64,000 nt of DNA from Macrostomum lignano (Eukaryota), in assembly GCA_002269645.1 (NCBI GenBank), contig NIVC01001539.1, forward strand, positions 1 through 64,000, read 5' to 3'. The notes under the pieces were generated by a model, which was not told where the DNA came from, searched no databases, and saw nothing but the letters and a program-made list of their open reading frames with translations. The position numbers and the translations under genes were made by a program. Below, one piece after another: positions 38,375 to 64,000 of this stretch. The number at the start of each line of letters is the position of its first letter. Positions within the stretch are counted from its first letter, which is position 1.

Positions 38375-38809
38375 CAAACCAGTTCTAAAGAATAGCGGAA
38401 CTGGGAGATGCATTTCTCAGCCTTTATTTCAGGAAACAAAGCAAAAACCCATATTGTAAGTTTTGAGATTTTTCCAAGAAAGAAACTGCCTTTGCAAATC
38501 GCGAGTCGCGTGACCGCCCGTCTCTCGCGCCGATTTTGCCAATTTCCCTGACAAATTTGACAAGTTGGCATCAAGACGCGCTGCGGTGCTCACTACCCAG
38601 TTTGAGCCTGTCCTCGGCTGAACTCGAATTGAGTTGATTCGAATTCCTTAATTAGCTGCATTGACAGGCCCGCCTAGCAACTGACACAGATCAGAAGTCT
38701 CTGAGATCTACTGATAATTATGGGATGTCAATGTAATAATTTTGGATGGCGGCTGGAGCAGCGGAACTCCTGTGATGACGCCAGCATCGTCTGCGGGATG
38801 ACATCTGAA

Positions 38810-39540
38810 TGACAGCAGCATCTTCATAACAAGAGTCTGTGTGACAGAATCTTCACGAAAAGAGTCTGTATGACAGCATCTTCATAACAAGAGTCTGTAT
38901 GACAGCATCTTCATGACAAGAGTCTGTATGACAGCATCTTCATAACAAGAGTCTGTATGACAGAATCTTCATAACCTGAGTCTGTATGACTGCATTTTCT
39001 GACAGCATATTTATGACAGCATCTTCATGACAGCATCTTCATGAGAGCATCTTCATAACAGCATCTTCATGACAGCATCTTCATGACAGCATCTTCATGA
39101 CAGCATCTTCATAACAGCATCTTCATGACAGCATCTTCATGACAGCATCTTCATAACAGAATCTTCATAACAGCATCTTCATAACAGCATCTTCATAACA
39201 GCATCTTCATGACAGCATCTTCATGACAGCATCTTCATGACAGCATCTTCATGACAGCATCTTCATGACAGCATCTTCATGACAGCATCTTCATGACAGC
39301 ATCTTCATGACAGCATCTTCATGACAGCGTCTTCATGACAGCATCTTCATGACAGCATCTTCATGACAGCATCTTCATGACAGCATCTTCATAACAGCAT
39401 CTTCATGACAGCATCTTCATAACAGCGTCTTCATGACAGCATCTTCATGACAGCATCTTCATGACAGCATCTTCATGACAGCATCTTCATAACAGCATCT
39501 TCATGACAGCATCTTTATGACAGCATCTTCATGACAGCAT
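38810..39540. repeat. Minisatellite grading from a 29-nt to a 14-nt unit (GACAGCATCTTCAT)
   Basis: Direct reading. Confidence 0.93.
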
Positions 39541-40412
39541 CAGAGATGCCAAATAGCTTCAACCCTGGTTGGCTGCACTGCACTGCCTGCAGACTGGCTA
39601 ACCAATGAACGGGCCATGCTGCAGTGAGTATGCGGGCCGGCTGCCCATAGGTAAAAATGTTTTAAAGCCGCAGAGCCGACCGAAGCATCCCAGTTGCGCG
39701 AAAATTATTTTTAAAAACTGCGAGCTCTGTTCCTCATTGAAAAAGTTCGGCTTGCTCTGCAACTGTTTCGGCCGAAATCTCAAAGGTGAGAGGCGGTGAC
39801 ATTAAATCATTGGTTTGGTATCTGAGTGGCTTCGAAATCTTATTATCTGAGGTGAAAAGAAGGCAGCAGATCCGAGTAGGCACCGAGATTTACAACTTTC
39901 CAAGTTGGACTCAAGGCGCCAGAAGCACGAATCACCATGGAACACGCAGTCGCTCACGCAGGGTGTTACAGCAGTCCTGGCTTGTTTTTTAGTTGGGAAA
40001 TTGTTCCCTGTGTCAAGAATCTTTCCTTGGCTAATCAAGGGCTGCTTCTTTACTGCAGCAGGTGGGAAAGCACCCGCTGCGATGGCCTCAAGAACAAGGA
40101 GACCAGGCGCATGCGGTGACTGCATTGTGGCCAAATTTAGCATGCAGCTGCTTCTGCAGCAGAGCTGGCAAAGTATTCTCAAGTGGGTCTCAGTCCCCGG
40201 GGCAGCGATGGAGGCAGCTGCGCTTGAGAAAATGAAGAGCAGTTTTAAAGGCAAGTTTTTTGCGCCTGGGAGAAGGCTGAAAAGGCTGGAAAACAGCGCG
40301 GGAATGAGACGGGGAGAAATTCGAGAAATATTGAAACCGAACCGATTTGAACTCAGTGCCATTTGACAATTACATTTGCGCTCCTCTTTCAAATTTGAAG
40401 AACTGCTAGAAG

Positions 40413-40482
40413 ATGCACCGACTGTCGATCCTGCTGCTGGCTGCTGGACTGCTGGCTACCGGACTCGCCTGCTGCGCTTCTG
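40413..40482 (+). CDS. Prohormone exon 1 (signal peptide)
   Basis: Basic N-terminus, hydrophobic core LSILLLAAGLLATGL; donor G|GTGAGC. Confidence 0.8.
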
Positions 40483-42550
40483 GTGAGCTGCTCCGACTGA
40501 TTCACACTTTGCCGACATTGACTTGGGGTCAGGGGAGCTTTTATTGGGGAAGGGGCGCCAGCACCTAGGGGCTGTGAGTAGGGACTGTAAACAGTAGCTG
40601 TGTGAACAGTAGCTGTGTGAACAGTAGCTGTGTGAACAGTAGCTGTGTGAACAGTGGCTGTGTGAACAGTGGCTGTGTGAACAGTGGCTGCGTGAACAGT
40701 GGCTGTGTGAACAGTAGCTGTGTGAACAGTGGCTGTGTGAACAGTGACTGTGTGAACAGTGGCTGTGTGAACAGTGGCTGTGTGAACAGTAGCTGTGTGA
40801 ACAGTGGCTGTGTGAACAGTGGCTGTGTAAGCAATGGCTGTGTGAACAGTAGCTGTGTGAACAGTGGCTGTGTGAACAGTGACTGTGTGAACAGTGACTG
40901 TGTGAACAGTGGCTGTGTGAACAGTGATTGTGTGAACAGTGGCTGTGTGAACAGTAGCTGTGTGAACTGTGGCTGTGTGAACAGTGGCTGTGTGAACAGT
41001 GGCTGTGTGAACAGTGACTGTGTGAACAGTGGCTGTGTGAACAGTGGCTGTGTGAACAGTGATTGTGTGAACAGTGGCTGTGTGAACAGTAGCTGTGTGA
41101 ACTGTGGCTGTGTGAACAGTGGCTGTGTGAACAGTGGCTGTGTGAACATAACTTTGTGAACATGACTTTGTGAACATGACTTTGTGAACATGACTTTGTG
41201 AACATGACTTTGTGAACATGACTCTTTGCAGGCGCCGCCGCTGCCGCTCCGCCGGCCGCCGACTCCTACTTGGCCGCCGCCGCCAGCCGCCACGAGCCGG
41301 TCCGCTTCAAGAAAGGCTTCCACTTCTTCAGGCTGCGCCGTCGCCCGTCGGCCGAAGAGGTGTGCAGCATCGATCCGGACTCTGCGGCGGCCGTGATGGC
41401 AGCTGTTGTGAGTTGATGGACTCGGTGACTGACTGTGGTACTGGGGACCTGCCATGGACAACTAAATTAGATGGACGATGGGGGGCAGAGCAGCTCAGCG
41501 GTGAACGCGGCTGAATCTCGCGCTACGAACCCCTGGTTCGATTCCGTTCGATTCATTTAAGGCTTGTGAACTAAAATTGGCCGGGCGGGGGTTCGTGCGG
41601 TTCACAGCTAAGAGAGCCAACCCCCAGCTCATGTACACCCTGTGTGAGCGCGTGTACGAGTGCGTGCCTGCGTACAGTATTGTGATGTCACCGAAGGACG
41701 ATGTCACCGAAGGACGATGTCACCGAAGGACGATGTCACCGAAGGACGATGTCACCGAAGGACGATGTCACCGAAGGACGATGTCACCGAAGGACGATGT
41801 CACCGAAGGACGATGTCACCGAAGGACGATGTCACCGAAGGACTATGTCACCGAAGGACGATGTCACCGAAGGACGATGTCACCGAAGGAAAATGTTACC
41901 GGGGTGCCCGCAGCCCTGCCTGCATTTTCATAAAACTGTTGCATCAATAAAATTTTTTAAAAACCTAGTTCCTACTGGAAAGAGAGTCATAAATTTACAG
42001 GTAGAAACTGAAAGCTTCCATTCTACGTATTTTCCCATTGAAATTGCTCAATTCCCAAGTGTGAGACCCTCCCGCTTTAATTGTCCACGAATTCTCGGCC
42101 GCATGTCCAGTAGAAGGTGGGAAAACGCTCAGAGCTCAGTGCCTGCCCTCGGCTCGCAACAAAAGCTTGCTGCCTTCAATTAAACTTGCAAGACACGGGA
42201 GGCGCGTGCTTGAGTAGTCCGTGCGCGAGAATTGAAGACAATAGCGCGCCGCAAGCAGCTAATTATTAATTTAATGAGCGCGCTAGCAACGCCAGCGGAC
42301 ACCATCGGGTGTGGAAGACGGAAGTTCTTGCTTGTTACTGGTTGGAGACCAGGAGAAAATAGTCAGTTTTAGCCAACTCTGTTTCCCATCACAATGATTC
42401 AACTAGCGGCTGCTCCACCCACCGCTGTCATGTCTGCTCTGCAGCTCAGTTGCCCCCCCATCCCGCTTTCAGCGTGCGGCCAAGGCTGGGCAGCTTTGCG
42501 AGAGGGACCGCGCCTTCCTGCGTCTGATGGTCAACGAGCTGCTGCAGTGA
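40413..42550 (+). CDS. Secreted neuropeptide prohormone (GFHFFRL), 3 exons, 107 aa
   Basis: Exons 40413-40482, 41232-41407, 42473-42550 with canonical GT-AG boundaries and matching phases. Protein: MHRLSILLLAAGLLATGLACCAS-GAAAAAPPAADSYLAAAASRHEPVRF-KK-GFHFFRL-RRR-PSAEEVCSIDPDSAAAVMAAVRAAKAGQLCERDRAFLRLMVNELLQ*. Confidence 0.85.
40588..41222. repeat. 15-nt (TGTGTGAACAGTGGC) then 14-nt (TGTGAACATGACTT) arrays, prohormone intron 1
   Basis: Direct reading. Confidence 0.95.
41232..41407 (+). CDS. Prohormone exon 2 (mature peptide at 41315-41335)
   Basis: CTCTTTGCAG acceptor, GTGAGT donor; KK-GFHFFRL-RRR. Confidence 0.85.
41480..41685 (+). mobile_element. tRNA-derived SINE-like element
   Basis: A box CAGCTCAGCGG (41491), perfect B box GGTTCGATTCC (41535); shares 3' motifs with the 10.2-kb element. 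Confidence 0.6.
41684..41895. repeat. 16-nt minisatellite (GATGTCACCGAAGGAC), prohormone intron 2
   Basis: Direct reading. Confidence 0.95.
42473..42550 (+). CDS. Prohormone exon 3
   Basis: GCTTTCAG acceptor; RAAKAGQLCERDRAFLRLMVNELLQ*. Confidence 0.75.
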   Translation, partial: RAAKAGQLCERDRAFLRLMVNELLQ

Positions 42551-43193
42551 ACAGCCAACGCAGTTACCGATCTTTGCTATTGAAAACTATATTCAGAACT
42601 GAACTTCGAATCATTAGACTTCGACTTCGATTTTTGTTAGCGTCGGTCAAGACGCCGGAACACCAATAATAATGAAGGACACCGCGCTTCGAAAGAAATC
42701 AACATCCTAAATCCCCGTACGAGTCAAAAGGCTCTTATCTGCAGACATGCAGCTCTCAAACCGCGTTCAACAAGATTCTTCTTTCTTTTTTCGATCAGCT
42801 GCGCGCGTCCTCCGGTGGGGCGGCTCTGAGTGAGAGAAAAGTTTGTTCTGTCCCCCTGATGCGTGTCCCGTATTGACCGGAGCATGAACATCACATGCAC
42901 ACACGGGACTAAGCAACTCAATCTCTCATGGGCCAGTAATTTATGCATAGATAAATCCATGCTTTAATCCGGTATGCAGTGTCGAGCCCCCCCCCCCCCC
43001 CCCGAGTATCTGGGGCTCCGAATTTACATGCCTTTCCTGGCACAAGTAGTTTTAACTAAACCGCACAGCAGCCTTTACACGAGCGTAGTATAGAAGTGCC
43101 GCTCAGAGTCCCTTTGTTAAAAACACTTTTTCAAGTTTAAACATGCAGCAGAGTAGTTGTATGTGGAGAATGGGGTTCGATCGCCGCTTTTTA

Positions 43194-44935
43194 CAGGGTT
43201 GGCGCCCGTGTCTGTGAGGGTTGGCTTCTGTCTGTGAGGGTTGGCCCCTGTCTGTGAGGGTTGGCGCCACTGTCTGTGAGGGTTGGCCCCTGTCTGTGAG
43301 GGTTGGCCCCTGTCTGTGAGGGTTGGCCCCTGTCTGTGAGGGTTGGCGCCACTGTCTGTGAGGGTTGGCCCCTGTCTGTGAGGGTTGGCCCCTGTCTGTG
43401 AGGGTTGGCCCCTGTCTGTGAGGGTTGGCCCCTGTCTGTGAGGGTTGGCGCCCGTGTCTGTGAGGGTTGGCCCCTGTCTGTGAGGGTTGGCTTCTGTCTG
43501 TGAGGGTTGGCGCCCGTGTCTGTGAGGGTTGGCTTCTGTCTGTGAGGGTTGGCCCCTGTCTGTGAGGGTTGGCGCCACTGTCTGTGAGGGTTGGCCCCTG
43601 TCTGTGAGGGTTGGCCCCTGTCTGTGAGGGTTGGCCCCTGTCTGTGAGGGTTGGCCCCTGTCTGTGAGGGTTGGCCCCTGTCTGTGAGGGTTGGCCCCTG
43701 TCTGTGAGGGTTGGCCCCTGTCTGTGAGGGTTGGCCCCTGTCTGTGAGGGTTGGCCCCTGTCTGTGAGGGTTGGCCCCTGTCTGTGAGGGTTGGCGCCCG
43801 TGTCTGTGAGGGTTGGCCCCTGTCTGTGAGGGTTGGCCCCTGTCTGTGAGGGTTGGCGCCCGTGTCTGTGAGGGTTGGCGCCCGTGTCTGTGAGGGTTGG
43901 CCCCTGTCTGTGAGGGTTGGCCCCTGTCTGTGAGGGTTGGCGCCCCTGTCTGTGAGGGTTGGCTTCTGTCTGTGAGGGTTGGCGCCCGTGTCTGTGAGGG
44001 TTGGCGCCCGTGTCTGTGAGGGTTGGCCCCTGTCTGTGAGGGTTGGCCCCTGTCTGTGAGGGTTGGCTTCTGTCTGTGAGGGTTGGCGCCCGTGTCTGTG
44101 AGGGTTGGCCCCTGTCTGTGAGGGTTGGCCCCTGTCTGTGAGGGTTGGCGCCCCTGTCTGTGAGGGTTGGCGCCCGTGTCTGTGAGGGTTGGCCCCTGTC
44201 TGTGAGGGTTGGCCCCTGTCTGTGAGGGTTGGCGCCCCTGTCTGTGAGGGTTGGCCCCTGTCTGTGAGGGTTGGCCCCTGTCTGTGAGGGTTGGCGCCTG
44301 TCTGTGAGGGCTGGCGCCCCTGTCTGTGAGGGTTGGCACCTGTGTCTGTGAGGGTTGGCCCCTGTCTGTGAGGGTTGGCCCCTGTCTGTGAGGGTTGGCG
44401 CCCCTGTCTGTGAGGGTTGGCCCCTGTCTGTGAGGGTTGGCCCCTGTCTGTGAGGGTTGGCGCCTGTGTCTGTGAGGGCTGGCGCCCCTGTCTGTGAGGG
44501 TTGGCACCTGTGTCTGTGAGGGTTGGCGCCCCTGTCTGTGAGGGTTGGCCCCTGTCTGTGAGGGTTGGCGCCTGTGTCTGTGAGGGTTGGCGCCCCTGTC
44601 TGTGAGGGCTGGCGCCCCTGTCTGTGAGGGTTGGTCCCTGTCTGCGAGGGTTGGCCCGTCTGCGAGGGTTGGCCCCTGTCTGTGAGGGTTGGCGCCCGTG
44701 TCTGTGAGGGTTGGCGCCCCTGTCTGTGAGGGTTGGTCCCTGTCTGCGAGGGTTGGCCCCTGTCTGCGAGGGTTGGCCCCTGTGTGTGAGGGTTGGCGCC
44801 CGTGTCTGTGAGGGTTGGCCCCTGTCTGTGAGGGTTGGCCCCTGTCTGTGAGGGTTGGCGCTTGTGTCTGTGAGGGTTGGCCCCTGCGTCTGTGAGGGTT
44901 GGCGCCTGTGTCTGTGAGGGTTGGCGCCCCTGTAT
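43194..44935. repeat. 20-23-nt minisatellite (GTCTGTGAGGGTTGGCCCCT)
   Basis: Direct reading. Confidence 0.95.
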
Positions 44936-45229
44936 TATTAAAAGCTAATTTAACGATGCTCCAGTCATAAAATAATTGTAAACCACAGGCTTTATTACTT
45001 TCGCCAAGCTGCTGATCGCAGTAACAATTCTTTTCACACAATGCTCAAGACTCACTTTGAAGGGTGGACAAAAATGCATTACTTCAGGCTCCTAGCGAGC
45101 AGAGTCACTTATTAAGCCCTGGGGAATTCCGAGAGCCAGTTGCACCTGATCTTGCAAGCTCAGCTGCACAATGACTGTAGCAGTCTCTTACAGGCAGATC
45201 TGTCACTCCACTCCACCTTGTCCATCTCA

Positions 45230-45810
45230 GTCACACCAAGCACATAAAAACCACACTAAGCACATGAGAATCACACCAAGCACACGAGAATCACATATCA
45301 AGCACATGAGAATCACACTAAGCACACGAGAATCACACCAAGTACAGGAGAATCACACGAAGCACATGAGAATCACACCAAACACATGAAAATCACAAAA
45401 AGCACACGAGAATCACACCAAGCACATGAGAATTACACCAAGTACATGAGAATCACACCAAGCACATGAGAATCACACTAAGCACGAGATTCACACGAAG
45501 CACATGAGAATCACACCAAGCACATGAGAATCACACCAAGCACATGAGAATTACACCAAGCACACGAGAATCACACTAAGCACGAGATTCACACGAAGCA
45601 CATGAGAATCACACCAAGCACATGAGAATCACACCAAGCACATGAGAATTACACCAAGCACATGAGAATCACACTAAGCACGAGTTTCACACCAAGCACG
45701 AGATTCACACCAAGCACATGAGAATCACACCAAGCACATGAGAATTACACCAAGCACATGAGAATCACACTAAGTACATGAGAATCACACCAAGCACATG
45801 AGAATCACAA
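45230..45810. repeat. 20-nt minisatellite (CAAGCACATGAGAATCACAC)
   Basis: Direct reading. Confidence 0.93.
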
Positions 45811-46469
45811 GCTCTTGAAAGAGATCGCTGAATTTGATTTTCAAAAACCTGGTATGAAAATACATAAAAATAGTGAAGACTACTTGAGTTTTTAAGATAA
45901 AAATATTAGTTTTGTATTCGATAATTTATACTCGTATTTCAGCAGAGATTAACACATGGAAAATCTTTAAAAAAAACAAAATGACAAGCAAAACACCGCA
46001 TAATTGTTCAATTCACGCAATCATTATTGCAATAAATATTTTTCTAATTTGTTAAAATTATTGGCAATAAACTGATAAATCTTACTGGTCAGGTGAGTTG
46101 AGACGGACAGGCAAATAAAAATTGGTGCTAAAAACAATCAAGTTCAGTATTGGGCATGTTTTGGTTGTTTTGTAGTCAAGAGATGCAGACTTCTTGATTG
46201 TTGAGCGACTGTACAAACTTAAATGATAGTAAGTCATACCATCACTGGTTGCAACATTGATAAAAACTGGCGCATAATGATAGACAGACACACCCTGGTT
46301 GAACTGAAATAACAGGTGAACACCGACATAGCGACAGCTCCAACAACTGATGCGTCATGCTCAGTGATTGACAGCGTATTGTTAAATTGTCTTCTGGAAC
46401 TGGTCCCAGGTGAACCTACACCTAGTGACTAATTTTAGGTTAACTAAAAAGGGATTTACGAACTACCAG

Positions 46470-46915
46470 ATGAACCACACGGTGAACTACCAGGTGAACA
46501 ACAAGATAAACTACCAGGAAAACTAACAGGTTAACCACCAGGTAAACTAACAGGTTAACCACCAGGTAAACCAACAGGTTAACCACCAGGTAAACCAGGT
46601 AGGAGCAAACTAGTTAAACTACAAATTAACCACCAGTTTAAATTCCGGGTTAGCTACCAGGTTTACCACTAGTTTAAATTCCTGGTTAGCTACCAGGTTT
46701 ACCACTAGTTTAAATTTTGGGTTAGCTACCAGGTTTACCACCAGTTTAAATTCCGGGTTAGCTACCAGGTGTACCACCAGTTTAAATTCCGGGTAAGCTA
46801 CCAGGTGTACCACCAGTTTAAATTCCGGGTTAGCTACCAGGTTTACCACCAGTTTAAATTCCGGGTTAGCTACCAGGTTAACCACCAGTTTAAATTCCGG
46901 GTTAGCTACCAAGTG
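46470..46915. repeat. ACCAGGT-containing arrays, including a 36-nt unit
   Basis: Unit ACCACCAGTTTAAATTCCGGGTTAGCTACCAGGTTT. Confidence 0.85.
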
Positions 46916-47082
46916 AGCTAATTAAACCACCAGGCGAACTCACGCAAACCCAGCTAGATAAAACCCAGATGAGCCATTCATTATCAGGTGAACTATCAGG
47001 TAAAGTCAAGCAACACCTAGAAACAAAAACTACAAAAGCTTGCAGACCGGGGCATTTGGAGCAGCATCAACCCATTGATAGC

Positions 47083-62574
<15,492 letters not shown>

Positions 62575-62719
62575 CTGGAATAAGAACAGATCAGCATCTG
62601 CTTAAATACTAGATATTACTATTCGCGTTTGCCTACTGATAGTAGCAACCTAAGAATTTGCAGTAGTACTTTAACCCGACAATTCTCTGGCTAGCGGCTA
62701 TAGACTGGTTACCCTCTGA

Positions 62720-63155
62720 CTTAAACTAGAAGCTTCACAAACCAAAAACTTGACGAACGAGAAACTTCACAAACTTGAAACTTCATAAACTAGAAACTTT
62801 ATAAACTAGAAACTTCACAAACTAGAAACTTCACAAACCAAAAACTTGACGAACTAGAAACTTCACAAACTAGAAACTTTATAAACTAGAAACTTCACAA
62901 ACTAGAAACTTTATAAACTAAAAACTTCATAAACTTGAAACTTCACAAACTGGAAACTTCACAAACTGGAAACTTCACAAACTTGAAACTTCACAAACTG
63001 GAAACTTCATAAACATGAAACTTCACAAACTAGAAACTTCACAAACTTGAAACTTCACAAACTTGAAACTTCATAAACTTGAAACTTTCACAAACTTGAA
63101 ACTTCACAAACTTGAAACTTCACAAACTTGAAACTTCATAAACTTGAAACTTTCA
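62720..63155. repeat. 16-nt minisatellite (AAACTTCACAAACTAG)
   Basis: Direct reading. Confidence 0.9.
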
Positions 63156-63504
63156 CAGAGAACACCCCAAATTACATCTATCCTAAACTTTGTAAAAAGC
63201 ATTAATCTCAATATCTAAGAAACACAAATTAAATAAAATCACTCAAAGGATTCGAAAATATTTTTGCTTTCACACAAAACTGCAAGCAGTGTATTTTCAT
63301 TACTAAACAGAAATTTTAAAAGATGCAAGCATTGAACTCTTTAAGCACAAATACGAGTACTTTTCCTGTTTCTATTAACAGAATAGGTCAGCTACTGATT
63401 TAAAAAAATATGAAAGAAAGACAGGTTCATACTCGAATATAATGAGCTCAGTGATAGCAAAGATCAGCTATATTTGGCTGCTGCAATATACAGCTTTAGA
63501 GCTA

Positions 63505-64000
63505 CTACAGTGGGCAGCAACAGCTACACTGAATGCTTACAGTGGGCAGCAACAGCTACACTGAATGCTTACAGTGGGCAGCAACAGCTACACTGAATGC
63601 TTACAGTGGGCAGCAGCAACAGCTACACTAAATGCTTACAGTGGGCAGCAACAGCTACACTGAATGCTTACAGTGGGCAGCAACAGCTACACTGAATGCT
63701 TACAGTGGGCAGCAACAGCTACACTGAATGCTTACAGTGGGCAGCAACAGCTACACTAAATGCTTACAATGGGCAGCAACAGCTACACTAAATGCTTACA
63801 ATGGGCAGCAGCAGCTACACTGAATGCTTACAGTGGGCAGCAACAGCTACACTAAATGCTTACAGTGGGCAGCAACAGCTACACTGAATGCTTACAGTGG
63901 GCAGCAACAGCTACACTGAATGCTTACAGTGGGCAGCAACAGCTACACTGAATGCTTACAGTGGGCAGCAACAGCTACACTGAATGCTTACAGTGGGCAG
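63505..64000. repeat. 32-nt minisatellite (ACAGTGGGCAGCAACAGCTACACTGAATGCTT)
   Basis: Direct reading; runs off the window end. Confidence 0.95.

Noticed and set aside
39802-40392. Overlapping 196-aa and 153-aa ORFs upstream of the prohormone
   Set aside because: No motifs, mixed composition and no consistent splice sites; probably UTR or promoter.
41290-41314. Possible RFamide (HEPVRF) in the prohormone
   Set aside because: No Gly between RF and KK, so it cannot be amidated.
41480-41555. Functional tRNA gene (also considered for 10199-10270)
   Set aside because: A and B boxes are present but no complete cloverleaf or acceptor stem is evident, and SINE-like bodies follow.
43191-45041. 616-aa ORF with PTLTDRGQPSQTGANPHRQG repeats
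   Set aside because: 20-23-nt array cycling through frames; no splice or homology support.

Overview
Metazoan genomic DNA, not prokaryotic. GC-rich spliced exons are separated by introns that are mostly filled with micro- or minisatellites, usually a different unit in each intron. This architecture fits a free-living flatworm such as Macrostomum (inference). Splice sites and reading frames were traced by hand and give four genes. (1) Minus strand 11584->1728: a 10-exon kettin/titin-like gene with five Ig domains and kettin-type linkers, ending in a ~800-aa Gln/Pro repeat exon (1564 aa total). (2) Plus strand 16129->33287: an 8-exon GABA transaminase (ABAT) with a 2-nt frameshift in exon 6 and a 9.3-kb satellite intron. 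(3) Plus strand 40413->42550: a 3-exon, 107-aa neuropeptide prohormone (signal peptide, KK-GFHFFRL-RRR, C-terminal Cys pair) that the ORF track misses. (4) Minus strand 62574->47083: an 11-exon MAP3K4/MEKK4 with DFD in place of DFG and no ATG in its first visible exon. Also present: two tRNA-headed SINE-like elements, a hAT-like MITE, a hAT end fragment, an interstitial TTAGGG tract and about 37 tandem arrays. Most long ORFs in the supplied track are artefacts of these arrays.
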